A stretch of DNA of 64,000 nucleotides, taken from positions 42,408,001 through 42,472,000 of the forward strand of contig OZ336871.1 of NCBI GenBank assembly GCA_965287045.1. Direction: 5' to 3'. Made by a program: the position numbers and the translations under genes. Source of the DNA: Carcharhinus amblyrhynchos (taxonomy: Eukaryota). The notes below the pieces were generated by a model. The model searched no databases and had not been told where the DNA came from. It was given only the letters and a program-made list of their open reading frames with translations. Shown piece after piece: positions 53,325 to 64,000 of this stretch; within the stretch, counting starts at the first letter, position 1; each line of letters begins with the position of its first letter.

Positions 53325-55013
53325 GACTGTGTGGCAGGCACAATACAAATTCTTAAAATTCCTTTGCAAATAACAATCACAATTCCTGAGACATTTTAAA
53401 GAAATTCCAAATTTGCCTTCTGTAGTGCTTCTGGGTCACATGTTGTTGGCACCTTTTATAACTGGATGTACTGCCAAGGATTACTTTGATCAACTGTCAC
53501 AGCACATTTTTAAAATTATGGAAAGTGTCCAAATACACACACGCACATGCACACACTCGATTGTGTTTAATGGACACACCTCAGTATAAATACAAATTCA
53601 GTGACAGCATATTGCATTAATTACTCAGGTAGCAATGAAAGTGAAAACCCAATGAAAGAAAGAAAATGAAAAGGGGATTGGTTAATTTTGGAACAGAACA
53701 AGTGAGTAGATTGAAAAATATGTATAACAGGTGCCAGACGTCGGGCGAGTTAAACACAAAAACCGACTAACATATAAAAGCAGCCATTTGTTAGGCTTAG
53801 CCCCTGTGATGAGTTTTTCCTTCCTCTTGTGAAGTTAAGTTCTGAGACAACATTCAGATTCTTAAAACTAATAAATTATTGGTGATAAGCAATCTGACAT
53901 GATCAAAATTACTGAACAACTATGTGGATCTGGTTAGCAGTGCGTTAAATGAATGATGGAGGGAATTGTGCATGTTACATTATTGTAATGTCCCAACTAA
54001 CTTCCCAAACATAATAACCAATAAAAGCAGGCACATGTTAAAAGCAAGTTTCAAAGGAGTGAAAATTAACCCCTATCATCTCCTTTTAAAAATAGATGTG
54101 AGGAGATAGGAAAGATCTGAGTTTAAGAAAGAAAAATAATTAAAATAGTTTTGCTGAGGGTATTTCTGGTGACTAGAGAAGATTGTTCCAGGAAATATAT
54201 CAGATTAGTAAGCTTTTCTTTTAACTGGCGAGAGACAAAGCCGTGCCACAACCAATTCTGACACTCCTTCATGTACTTTTATTTAAAGATGAGGATTATG
54301 TAATTTTTTTGGCTAACCCCTTAAAAATCCAAAAGGCCAGGGTTGGGTGGGCACAGGTCATTTGTTTAGGGTCCCTGCAGTATAGCATGTTACATGTTTG
54401 TATAATTATATAATAATGTAATTGTTATATATTTAATCAGATTTCAAGGTTGCCTTAAGAGCTGATCACATTTATTTGATGGTGATACCATTAGTCTGCG
54501 CGCTCAGGCTGCTGTTTTATTTTCAGTTTTGTATTCTGCAGTGCAGAGAGAGCAGCTCTTCAATAAAAATATTGTATGTTTGTTTGAATCAATATGTGCA
54601 AACTACAGCTTTTCTTTATGTGTAATACCCACAAACCCATAACGTAGTTAGGGCATTACAGTAACGTAACCATCTTGTTCTAGAAAGCTGACTGATGCCA
54701 ATGAGCCAAGCTGACATAATTTAGAAATTTACACTTTCTACCTCCGGTGCTCACTGCTCTTTGTTACAGATGCAAAAAGATCACAACAATACATGCATAT
54801 AAGCTCCTGAGCGGTCTTAACAGGGTGGATGTGGAGAGGATGCATCCACATGTGGAAGAATCTAGAACTAGGAGTCAGTGTTTAAAAATAAGGGGTCATC
54901 AATTTTAAAAAGAGGTAAGAGCCTGAGTTTTGTATCTATTGTGCATGTGCATTCAGTGGACTCAGATGTGGGCATAAACTGTGCTTCTGGCTGCAATCAG
55001 CCGTAGTGCGTTA

Positions 55014-56320
55014 TGGGTAGCATGGTGGCACAGCGGTCAACACTGCTGTCTCACAGTGCCAGGCACCTGGATTCTATTCCCAGCTTGGACCCTATTTGTA
55101 CTTTCTCCCTGTGTCTGTGTGAGTTTCCTCTAGAGCTCCTGTTTCCTCCCACAGTTCAAGAGATGTGCTGGTTGGGTGCATTGGCCACGCAAAATTCTCG
55201 CTTAGTGTAGCCAAACAGGTGCTGCAGTGTGAAGGCTAGAAGATTCTCACATAACTTCAGGTCCAATTCTCCCATTGTGACCCACAACTTTTTTTGGCAT
55301 GTTGGCCATTACACGGGATTAGCACATGCGTCGAGAACGCATGCCAGTCTCCCACAGCCAGAGAACTGTCACAGTCGAGACTGAAGGAAACTGGTGGGAA
55401 GAGAAGTAAGTCTTTTGAATCTTTATTTAATGTATTTTAAATATATATTTCGCATGTGATTAATCAGGCCCGGCATGGAAGTCGCTGGGCCGATAACACC
55501 TCCCACTCCACCAGGAATATTTCATTCTGGCAGGGCTTAGAGTAGCTCCTCACATTTGGGGAGCTAGTGGGGGACCCCCTCCCCCCTGGAATGAAGGGGG
55601 AAATTGAGGACCCTTGGGGGTCAGGCTGTGGGTAATGGTGCCCCTTGGGCTTGGGCACCCTGGCAGTGCCCATCAAGCATCGGGGAGTGCCAAGGGAGTG
55701 GGGCCTATTGTGGGAGGGGCCTAGGGGCAATTGGTGGGGTAGGGGGGTGCTGCTGCCACTCTGCATGGCGATTGGTCTGGGCAGGCGGGAGGGGCGTAGG
55801 TAGTCTGCCGGATGGGGCCTGCCTCCCGGTCTGCGTCTGACCCCAGAGTGAGGGGTGTGGGGGGAAATCGCCACTGCTGGGGGGGTGGGGGTTGGGGCTG
55901 GACATCGGGACACTCTTGAGCAGGGTGTCAGGGCTGGCCCAGCAATTGCTATGGGGGCCATGACTGGGCCATTGTTGGGGGGGCCAGCACTGCCGGAGTC
56001 TCGGGCTGGGCAGCAAACAGGGAGACTGCCAGATCATGACGACTGCGCACGCGCAGACTTCTGGAATTGTCAGACCCCAACGTGAATAGGCCCCCACTCC
56101 TACACACCCCCCCCACCCCCCACCGCCCCCCATCACCCCCACCACCGTCGTTTTTAATGATATTCATGATTGTGACCTCTGCATTGCATACAGTGGGGAA
56201 GCTGCATGGAAAAACCAGACATGATCTAGAACAGCTTTCCCACCACTTCAGCACTTTTGGGAGAATCGCTCCTTCACTGCATTGTTAATGTAAGCCTACT
56301 TGTGACACTACAAAATAAAC
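55014..56320 (+). mobile_element. V-SINE variant split by a GC-rich MITE
   Basis: Head and V-domain at 55014-55259; tail ttcactgcattgttaatgtaagcctacttgtgacac..aataaa at 56273-56320. Confidence 0.8.
55260..56272. mobile_element. GC-rich MITE (non-autonomous DNA transposon)
   Basis: TIRs ggtccaattctccca / tgggagaatcgctcc; ttca duplicated at 55256-55259 and 56273-56276. Confidence 0.78.
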
Positions 56321-58041
56321 CATGGGCAACCAGCGTGAAATGTGCTCTGGGAAAGATGCAGCGCTGCTGAGGAGTGTATGAAGAGGGTGGGCACCAAGAG
56401 AAGCGAGGGCGTAAGCTGGTGCATCTTATGTGTGCCCTAAGGAACACTTTGAAATTGTCTCAGGGAGCTTCAGACCTGTGGAAAATAAATCCTGATGGAA
56501 AAACAGCAAACAGTGCCTAGGCAGCACGATCAAACACAAAGCTCAGTTCCCAGACACCGTTTTAAATCTTATTTCAACGCTGATATTTCATTCTATCCTA
56601 GATTGAGGATGCAGCTAGAACGTAAGATATGCCTGACCAATCGGCCCATCCACCAACTGTAAAAGCAGACTTGCCACGTAAAATTGCTTCCAATTGGCCC
56701 TTTACTGGGCTAAATTACCTGCTGATTGCCAGCAGCCGGGTTTTCAACTTCATGAGTGCCTGCCAGCTGAAATGCTACCTGAGAGCTAGATTGTATCGGG
56801 ACAAGGGCTTGGCGTCTCCTAGCCTGATCTCACATGCTTCCAGGTTGGGTGCCTGCCCTCCCGATCAACAAAAATTCTGACTGAGAATAATTTTTTTCTC
56901 TCAGAGGATTTGGAACTCTGTTTCCACTGCCTTTTGAGGAATAGAGTCTTTGAATATTTTTAAAGCAGAGCTAAACAAATTCTTGATATGCACAGGGATG
57001 AAAGGTTATCAGGGGTAAACAGAAGGTTACCATCAGATCAGCCATGATCTTATTGAATGATGAAACAGGCTTGATGGGCTGACGGAGCTACTACTGCTCT
57101 GAATAGCTTCCTAACTGACTTTTTCTATAATAAAACTACAATATAAATGCAAGTTATTATCTTGGTTTTTAATAAGCCAAAACCAGAGAGCAGCCACATG
57201 ACCTCCAAGTAAACTCATGGGCTGAGTGCTTCCAGCCCATCAATGCAGGACACAGCATGAGGATACGGTGGGACAGGCTGTGGGGATGATAGGTGGTCAC
57301 TGCTCACAAACTACTACTTTAGCTGAAATAGTTGGTGCACCAGATTTGACCAACCCTCCTTTCTGAAATGTTAGCTTTGTTTCTATCTCAAGTATAACTT
57401 ATGTTGGTTCTGACTTGTGTTAAAGAGAAGTCATAAATCTGGAATCTGACAGGTCATTCAGTAAATTGGGTTTTTTTTCATTTAAGGTTCCACCAGAGGG
57501 ATTATAACAGTATGTAAGATATGATAATGACGCTCATAACTATATACTTGTCAGCAAATTTTTAAGCATTTCCATATGTAGTGTGGGATTTTCTGCTCAA
57601 CCACTGCATGTTTTGTGGTGGTGTAGGCAGCCTGCCATTGACCAATGACAGGATTGTCTGGCCCTCCTGTTGTCAAGGTTAAATGTGTCATTGGCAGGGC
57701 TGAAAGATCCCACCAGCATGAACGGCTGGAGAATTCCAGACATATTGAATGGTTTAGTGTAATTATTTAATTACGTAGATATAGTTAATTATATTAATAA
57801 CAGCATAAAATATTTATGAACACAAAAGACCTTTGGATGCAATAATGCATTCTTTTTTCATTGAATAAGTACAGTTATAGGTGAGGGATTGTAGCTTGCA
57901 GGGATTTGGTGGAGAAGTTGGAATAGAGAAGGTTAAGATGGATTTTGTTAGAACTGTTTCAAATTCAGAAGGGGTTCAATATTGTAAATATTGTTTTTTC
58001 CGATGGCTGAAGGGTTGATAACCAAGAAGGCACCCATATAT

Positions 58042-58172
58042 AGGGCGAGACTCTCTGGCCTCCTCTCAGGGGCACGTTGTTTGCTGGCAGTAGGCTCTTC
58101 CGCTCCTGCGAGTGTCAATGGAAATTATCATGTCAACTGGAAACCACCAGCAGGACTAGAGAATCCTGCCCT
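58042..58172. mobile_element. Small MITE inside a decayed plus-strand CR1 (about 57930-58450)
   Basis: TIRs agggcgagactctct / agagaatcctgccct. Similar small elements near 34887-35062, 50116-50236 and 57583-57740. Confidence 0.65.
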
Positions 58173-59077
58173 CCTGAATGGTCAGAGAATTCCAGTCAAA
58201 ATGATTGGCACAAGAACCAGAGGTGACACAAGATTTTATTTTTATGCAATGAGTGGTGAGGATTTAGAATGGTCAATATGGTGGTGAACACATTCAACTG
58301 GAACCTCCAAAAGAAATTTGGATGGTTGTAGGAACAAAAATTGCAGGGTTATATATAAAAAAAAGAGCGAGAGAGTGGAATTAACTGGATTGCTCTTTCA
58401 AAGAGCCACCACAGACACAATGGGCCTTTTGTACTCCATTACGTTATGATTCCCATTTCAGCACTTCCAAATTACTGGCACAGAACAACATCCAACATCG
58501 GTCGAGGGTGTGAGGATCATCAAGACCACGTAATCGCTGCCTGTTCAAGCAGAGTTAGAACTCTGGATAAACTAATGCTTCACAACAAAATATTTCAAAA
58601 GGAAATATTCATGTTGTATTTTTCTCTGCCAGTTAAGTTGTGACATAACAGAATTAACTTAGGTTACATTAATGAGTGCGATGCTACAGTACTTTCCACC
58701 TCACTTTTTCTTAAAATGTATTCTGGATAAAACAATGGAGCTGACACTAGCACCAAAAATGGAGGCTGTGGGTGGTCTATACATGGGAAAGTTCACGTTG
58801 TAGGAGATATCACTCACCAGGTGACCTCTGTGATATTAGCAATCTTAAGAAAAAGCCTGAGATTGAACTTTTAAAGGGTGACATGGTCCAACAAAAATAA
58901 GATGCTTAACACTAACTTTCCTTGTATTAAGTTATAATCTGCAAAATTGATGGTATGGCAAGTCTGATATACAGGCCAGGGAGAGTCCCTGCTATCTTTA
59001 GGTATTTACTGTAACAATATTTAAACGCACAGCCTTTTGTCTGTAATGCTTTACTTAATGACTGCTCAGGTACATCT

Positions 59078-59721
59078 GTAAGAAGTCTCACAACACCAGG
59101 TTAAAGTCCAACAGGTTTATTTGGTAGCAAAAGCCACCAGCTTTTGGAGCGCTGCTCCTTCATCAGGTGAGTGGGATTTCAGTTCACAAAGCAGGGCATA
59201 TAAAGAGACATAAACTCAATTTACAAAATAATGGTTGGAATGCGAGTCTTTACAGGTAATCAAGTCTTAAAGGTACAGGCAATGTGAGTGGAGAGAGGGT
59301 TAAGCACAGGTTAAAGAGATGCGTACTGTCTCCAGCCAGGACAGTTAGTGAGAATTTGCAAGCCCAGGCAAGTTGTGGGGGGTTACAGATAGTGTGACAT
59401 GAACCCAAGATCCTGGTTGAGGTTGTTGTCCTAGCTGGAGACAACACACATCTCTTTAACCTGTGCTTAACCCTCTCTCACTCACATTGTCTGTACCTTT
59501 AAGGCTTGATTACTTGTAAAGACTCGCATTCCAACTATTATTTTGTAAATTGAGTTTGTGTCTTTATATGCCCTGTTTGTGAACGGAACTCCCACTTACC
59601 TGTCGAAGGAGCAGCACTCAAAGCTCGTGGCTTTTGCTACCAAATAAACCTGTTGGACTTTAACCTGGTGTTGTGAGACTTCTTACTGTGTTTATCCTAG
59701 TCCATCGCTGGCATCTTCACA
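59078..59721. mobile_element. Palindromic Penelope insertion made of two inverted pLTRs
   Basis: 59078-59345 is the reverse complement of 59428-59687. Exact 12-bp TSD tcaggtacatct at 59066-59077 and 59722-59733. Confidence 0.93.
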
Positions 59722-61732
59722 TCAGGTACATCTACTTAGAGGACTTCCTAAAAAAAAAATCAGGTGTCTTGTTTTATAGTCAAAAACAACAAAATACTGT
59801 CTTATAGTGGTCAAAATCACACATGTAGCTGGATAATGTGAAGATTTTGCCAATCCAAATATTATAGAATATAAAATAGAATATACAGGTGTCAATCAGA
59901 TGCCAGTCAGTCATGTCAAATAAACATTGGCAGATGATTGCCTACATGTTGTGTTGAGGGACCAGTACCCTGGCATTGTGGAAGTGTAAGTTCTGCCACT
60001 CACATTACCTGTTACCGCTACAGGTTCTGGAATAAGTTTGCTTCTAAAACACTGCACAGAAGTAAGATGCATGCAAGTTAAAATAAATTGCATCAGAGCT
60101 ATTGCCTGACAGATAATCAGAAAATGCAATATATCAATCTAATTGACATAAATGTGTTTATTTTTCTCGAATGGATTGATACGAAAAGCTTATTGAACTC
60201 ATTTTGAACTAATTTGAACTAATTTCCTCAGGCTAAAGCTCAAGCGGTAAGAGAAAAGTCAATTTGAACAGTTTACAGTAGAAACACTTTTTGAGCACAA
60301 TTTTCTTGTGACACAAATAGTGGCATTATAAATCACAAAGTAATCTGAAATAAAATCTCATGTTTGCTCCAAAAATTACAACAAATTACAACATTATCAT
60401 GGTGGCTACCAGTGGACTTGCATCCAGTTTCTAGAAAATGAAAGGTTCATCTTCACTATGAATCAGTTAATGACAGCTCAGCTTAGTCATTTTGTTAGTC
60501 TACCTGCATGTACATTATGTATATATCGAGTCAAAACCCTCCTGATAGCCTACAGTTCTGTATTTCTGTTGGGGCAGGTGTTTTTCTCAAATTTAGATGG
60601 ATGTGTAGGACTGCGAGAAAACTGTCAGTCACTGTCATATTCAACCAGACAAATTTAATGTTCTACATTGATATAAAATAAATAAGAAATGATTTAAACC
60701 ATCTGCAGCAGTTAAACAAAAACATTCTCGCTTTGGCAATGTATTCTTTCAAATCTTTGCACATTAGATCCCAAGATCCAGTTACATCTCCAGGACAGTG
60801 AAAATAGAATTTGCAATACCAATAGATTTACGCAGATGGTAATATGCTAAAGTCTGGAGGATTCTATCTCACGGCTTAATCGTGGTTCTTTGAAAGGAAG
60901 CAAAATACTTTGTTTTCTGGCTGTTTTAATTTATTCCTTACATTCCTGTTCTAAAGTATAGTGGATTATTTTCAGTTCATTAATCAGTAAGCTGGGAATA
61001 ATGCTAAAGATATTACTTGACCAGTTGTCTGTCCAGACTATTAATTTATTTTGTTCCTGTACGATGAAAATTTGTATTGAATAAAAATTAATAAAGCAGA
61101 TATTGCAGAATACTGGAAACTTTCCACATGTGATGTTGGAAAATTTATGACATAATTTATTAGAATGGTTCCACGGATGGAGATCAGGTTGCAACCCTCT
61201 TGGGACAGCTAGGAGTCAACCGGAATTGGCATCAATGTCCCACAGGCCAAAGAAATCATTCCAGGAGATTGGAACATGATGGCTTCTTTGTCTGCCAGTA
61301 TCCAGTCTGCACATGTGCTCACAACATCAGCAGTGAAGAGAGGCAGGGAGAAGCTCCCTTCTGGGTTTGTTTGGTCTGTGACATGTTTTAGCAGGTAGCT
61401 GACACTACATGCAGAGGGCCTGCACGCTCAGTGTTTTGACAGATGCCAGGAAGAAAAAGCTCTTGACTGTTTCCAAACTAAAGTTATTGAGGCAATGGGG
61501 GTAGTTGTTTGAAAATAATTCCATTTACTGTGGTTCTGCCTATCTGACCAGCCCATGATAACTTCCTGCAGCTGATCGCTATTCTCCTCACTATTTACCA
61601 CCTTTGGTAGAATCTGCAAACTTCTTAATCATATCCCCTACATTTAAGTCCAAATCATTAATGTACACCACTGATAGCATGGGCTCCATCGTGGAGCCCT
61701 ACGGAACCCACTGAAAACACAACTATTAATCT

Positions 61733-61998
61733 ATCAAATCCCTATAGTACAAAAGAGGCCATTTGGCCCATCGAAACTGTACCAACCATATCCAATCCAG
61801 GCCCCATCACTGTAATCCTGCTAACCCCCTGACACTTGGGTCAATTTAACATGGCCACAATCTTTGGACTGTGGGAGGAAACCCACGCAGACATGGGGAG
61901 AATGTGCAAACTCCATACAGTGACCCGAAGCTGGAATTGAATCAGGATCCCTGGCGCTGTGAGGCAGCAGTACTAACTACTGTGCCACCATGCCACCT
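61733..61998 (-). mobile_element. HE1-type V-SINE
   Basis: catctttggactgtgggaggaaaccc...tgtgcaaactccatacag...gctgtgaggcagcag, the reverse complement of the SINE. Confidence 0.85.
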
Positions 61999-62261
61999 CA
62001 ACAAGAACATCACTTTTCAACTGTCACTAAAGCGAATATATTTAAAAGTGGTTTTGTGAAGGATCATTACATGGAAATAAGAAATTATGTAAAGCCAAAC
62101 ATGGATATGGAACACAAATATATTTAGGTCACAGCTCTGTAGTGAACATGTTGATAAGAACTAAATCATTTTAGCCAGTCACATGACATGATTCCACAAC
62201 CATGACTGATTTCATGCTTAATATGGAAATCAATGGAGAAAATTCTTTTCATAGAATTAAA

Positions 62262-62750
62262 GAATTATACAATGGTTACAGCACAGAAGGCAATCTGTGC
62301 CAGTTATCTGCAAGTGCAATTCATTGAGTGCCATTCCTTGCCTCTTCCCTGTAGCACTGCCAAGTTTCCTGCTCAGATAACAATCTAATTTTCTTTTGAA
62401 GGCCATGATTGAATTGGTCTCCATTACACTCTCATGCATTCCACATTCTAACCACTCATGAGCGTAGTTTTTCCTCATGTCACCATTACTTTTTTTGCCA
62501 ATCACCAATGATCCTTCCACCAATGGAAATAGTTTTGCCCTGTTTACTCAGTCCCTACCCGTCATGATTTTGAATAGCTCAATCAAATCCCTTCTCAACG
62601 TTCTTGCCTCCTAGTACTTCAGACCCAGCTTTTCCAATCCATCGATGTAACTGAAGTCCCTCATCCCCAGAACTATTTTAGTGTATCTTTTCTGCATCCA
62701 TTCTGATGTCTTTGCATCCACCCTATAGCGTAGCGTCCAGAACTGGATTC
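62262..62750 (-). mobile_element. Decayed CR1 3' end
   Basis: MAFKRKLDCYL remnant, and ggttacagcacagaaggc tail on the plus strand. Confidence 0.7.
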
Positions 62751-63439
62751 ATTAATTTAGTTGTGGAAAAATTAGTGGCCATAAAGGCTTATCAGAATTT
62801 AGTGGTTACAATGGCTTGCAATAGCTGTGGTATGATCCCACCTGGAATTACCTGTACAGGGAATTCCCACGATCCCATCAGATTTCACGGGGGAACAAAG
62901 AGGCAAGGATTGTAGGGTCGTTAGCATGCAGTTTGGGGCGCTGGCCTCTTTATTCCCTGTGGGATAGGATATCCTGATTGGCTTGTAAGGTATGCTGCTT
63001 GAAATCTGCTCTACATCTTCCATTTGTTGGTCCATTTGTGTAAAATAATTCTACCAAAACATAATCTTCTTCCTATTTAAATATCTAATCTGAAAAAAAA
63101 CACATCATGAACATACCAAAGAATGTGAAGCAGATAATAGAATGCCATGCACAACAGTTGCACAATTAAAATAATACATTAAAAAATACACCCACACCAT
63201 TCTTGGTTTTTACCACCATAATGCAAAGGGAAGTTAGATTAAGGGTCAGTCAAAACAAAGGTTTTATTTGGCTCAGGATTAGAAACCAAGCTTCATTTCT
63301 GTGCAGAGCCTTCCTTTCTTCATGTTTAGGTTGCAGGAGCAAAGTCAGTATGATTGCAGGCAACAAGTGGAAGTGAGTGCAATATAAAGTAGTAAAAAAT
63401 ATGCATGGTGCATTTAACCTAAATGTTGAACTCAAGCTT

Positions 63440-63855
63440 TCTGTGCCTCAGTGGGTAGCACTTTTGGCTCCAGGTTCAAGTCCCACTCCAGAGCTAAAGC
63501 ATAGACATCTAGCCATACTTTCCAGTGCTTGAGGGAGTGCTACACTGTTAGAGGTGTCATCTTTCAGAGAAGATATGAAAGTAAGGCCATATCTGCCTGT
63601 TAGGGTGGATGTAAAAACTCCATGACACTGAGTTATTCCTGGTGTCTTGACCAATATTTATTTCTCCATCAACATCACAAAAAGAGATTATCTGGTTGTT
63701 ATCACGTTGCTGCCTGTGAGAGTTTACTATGTGCAAATCAGCTGCTTCATTTCCTTCATTACAAAAGTGACTACACTTCAAAAGCACTGTGTCTGAAAAG
63801 CATTTTGAAATGTTTGATGATCATGAAAAGCAATATATAAATGCATGTCTTTTGT
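63440..63855 (+). mobile_element. Deu-domain SINE (SacSINE1/AmnSINE1-related)
   Basis: tRNA-like head (ctcagtgggtagcac..ggttcaagtcccact), Deu-like core (gagggagtgctacactgttagaggtgtcatctttc...cctggtgtcttgaccaatattta) and L2-like tail (aagcattttg...tatataaatgca). Confidence 0.8.
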
Positions 63856-64000
63856 CCTTCACTAAGTGTGGTCCCTTTTCACACCACTGTCCATAATCAG
63901 CTTCATTCCAGTTAAAATAATGCTGAGTGATGTGAAGGGCAGAATCTGCAGCTCTGGGACCAAGTCCTGTGGGAAGTTGGAGGGACTCCCGCTACAAGGT

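Noticed and set aside
55464-56288. Cluster of overlapping Pro/Gly-rich ORFs, or a CpG-island promoter
   Set aside because: They lie within the GC-rich TIR-bounded MITE, and low stop-codon frequency explains the ORFs.
42390-64000. Upstream FBXL7 coding exons
   Set aside because: I found no match by eye to the expected N-terminal peptide; they probably lie beyond the window, though a short exon could have been missed.
1-64000. CRISPR array, rRNA or prokaryotic operon
   Set aside because: No regularly spaced direct repeats or rRNA-like sequence; the window is spliced vertebrate DNA.

Overview
Vertebrate nuclear DNA, most likely a cartilaginous fish (shark or ray), judged from HE1-type V-SINEs, a Deu-domain SINE and dense CR1 and Penelope content. 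The only host gene I can support is FBXL7 on the minus strand. Its last two coding exons are 41778-42389 (F-box and first LRRs) and 29161-29897 (LRRs and stop), joined by an 11.9-kb phase-1 GT-AG intron; the 5' exons were not found in the window. Much of the rest is layered transposon sequence: CR1, L2 and Rex/Babar LINEs, two degenerate Gypsy elements, a GalEa-type Copia remnant, solo LTRs, PIF/Harbinger-like MITEs and Penelope-like elements. The main observations are: (i) four TSD-flanked inverted-repeat Penelope insertions down to about 220 bp, each with a minimal hammerhead-ribozyme motif on both strands; (ii) an 81-bp inverted copy that looks like a templated repair insertion; (iii) a Copia remnant, which is uncommon in vertebrates; (iv) a candidate distal poly(A) site implying a 3'UTR of about 9 kb. 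All calls were made by eye, and repeat boundaries are approximate unless a TSD or splice site is quoted.
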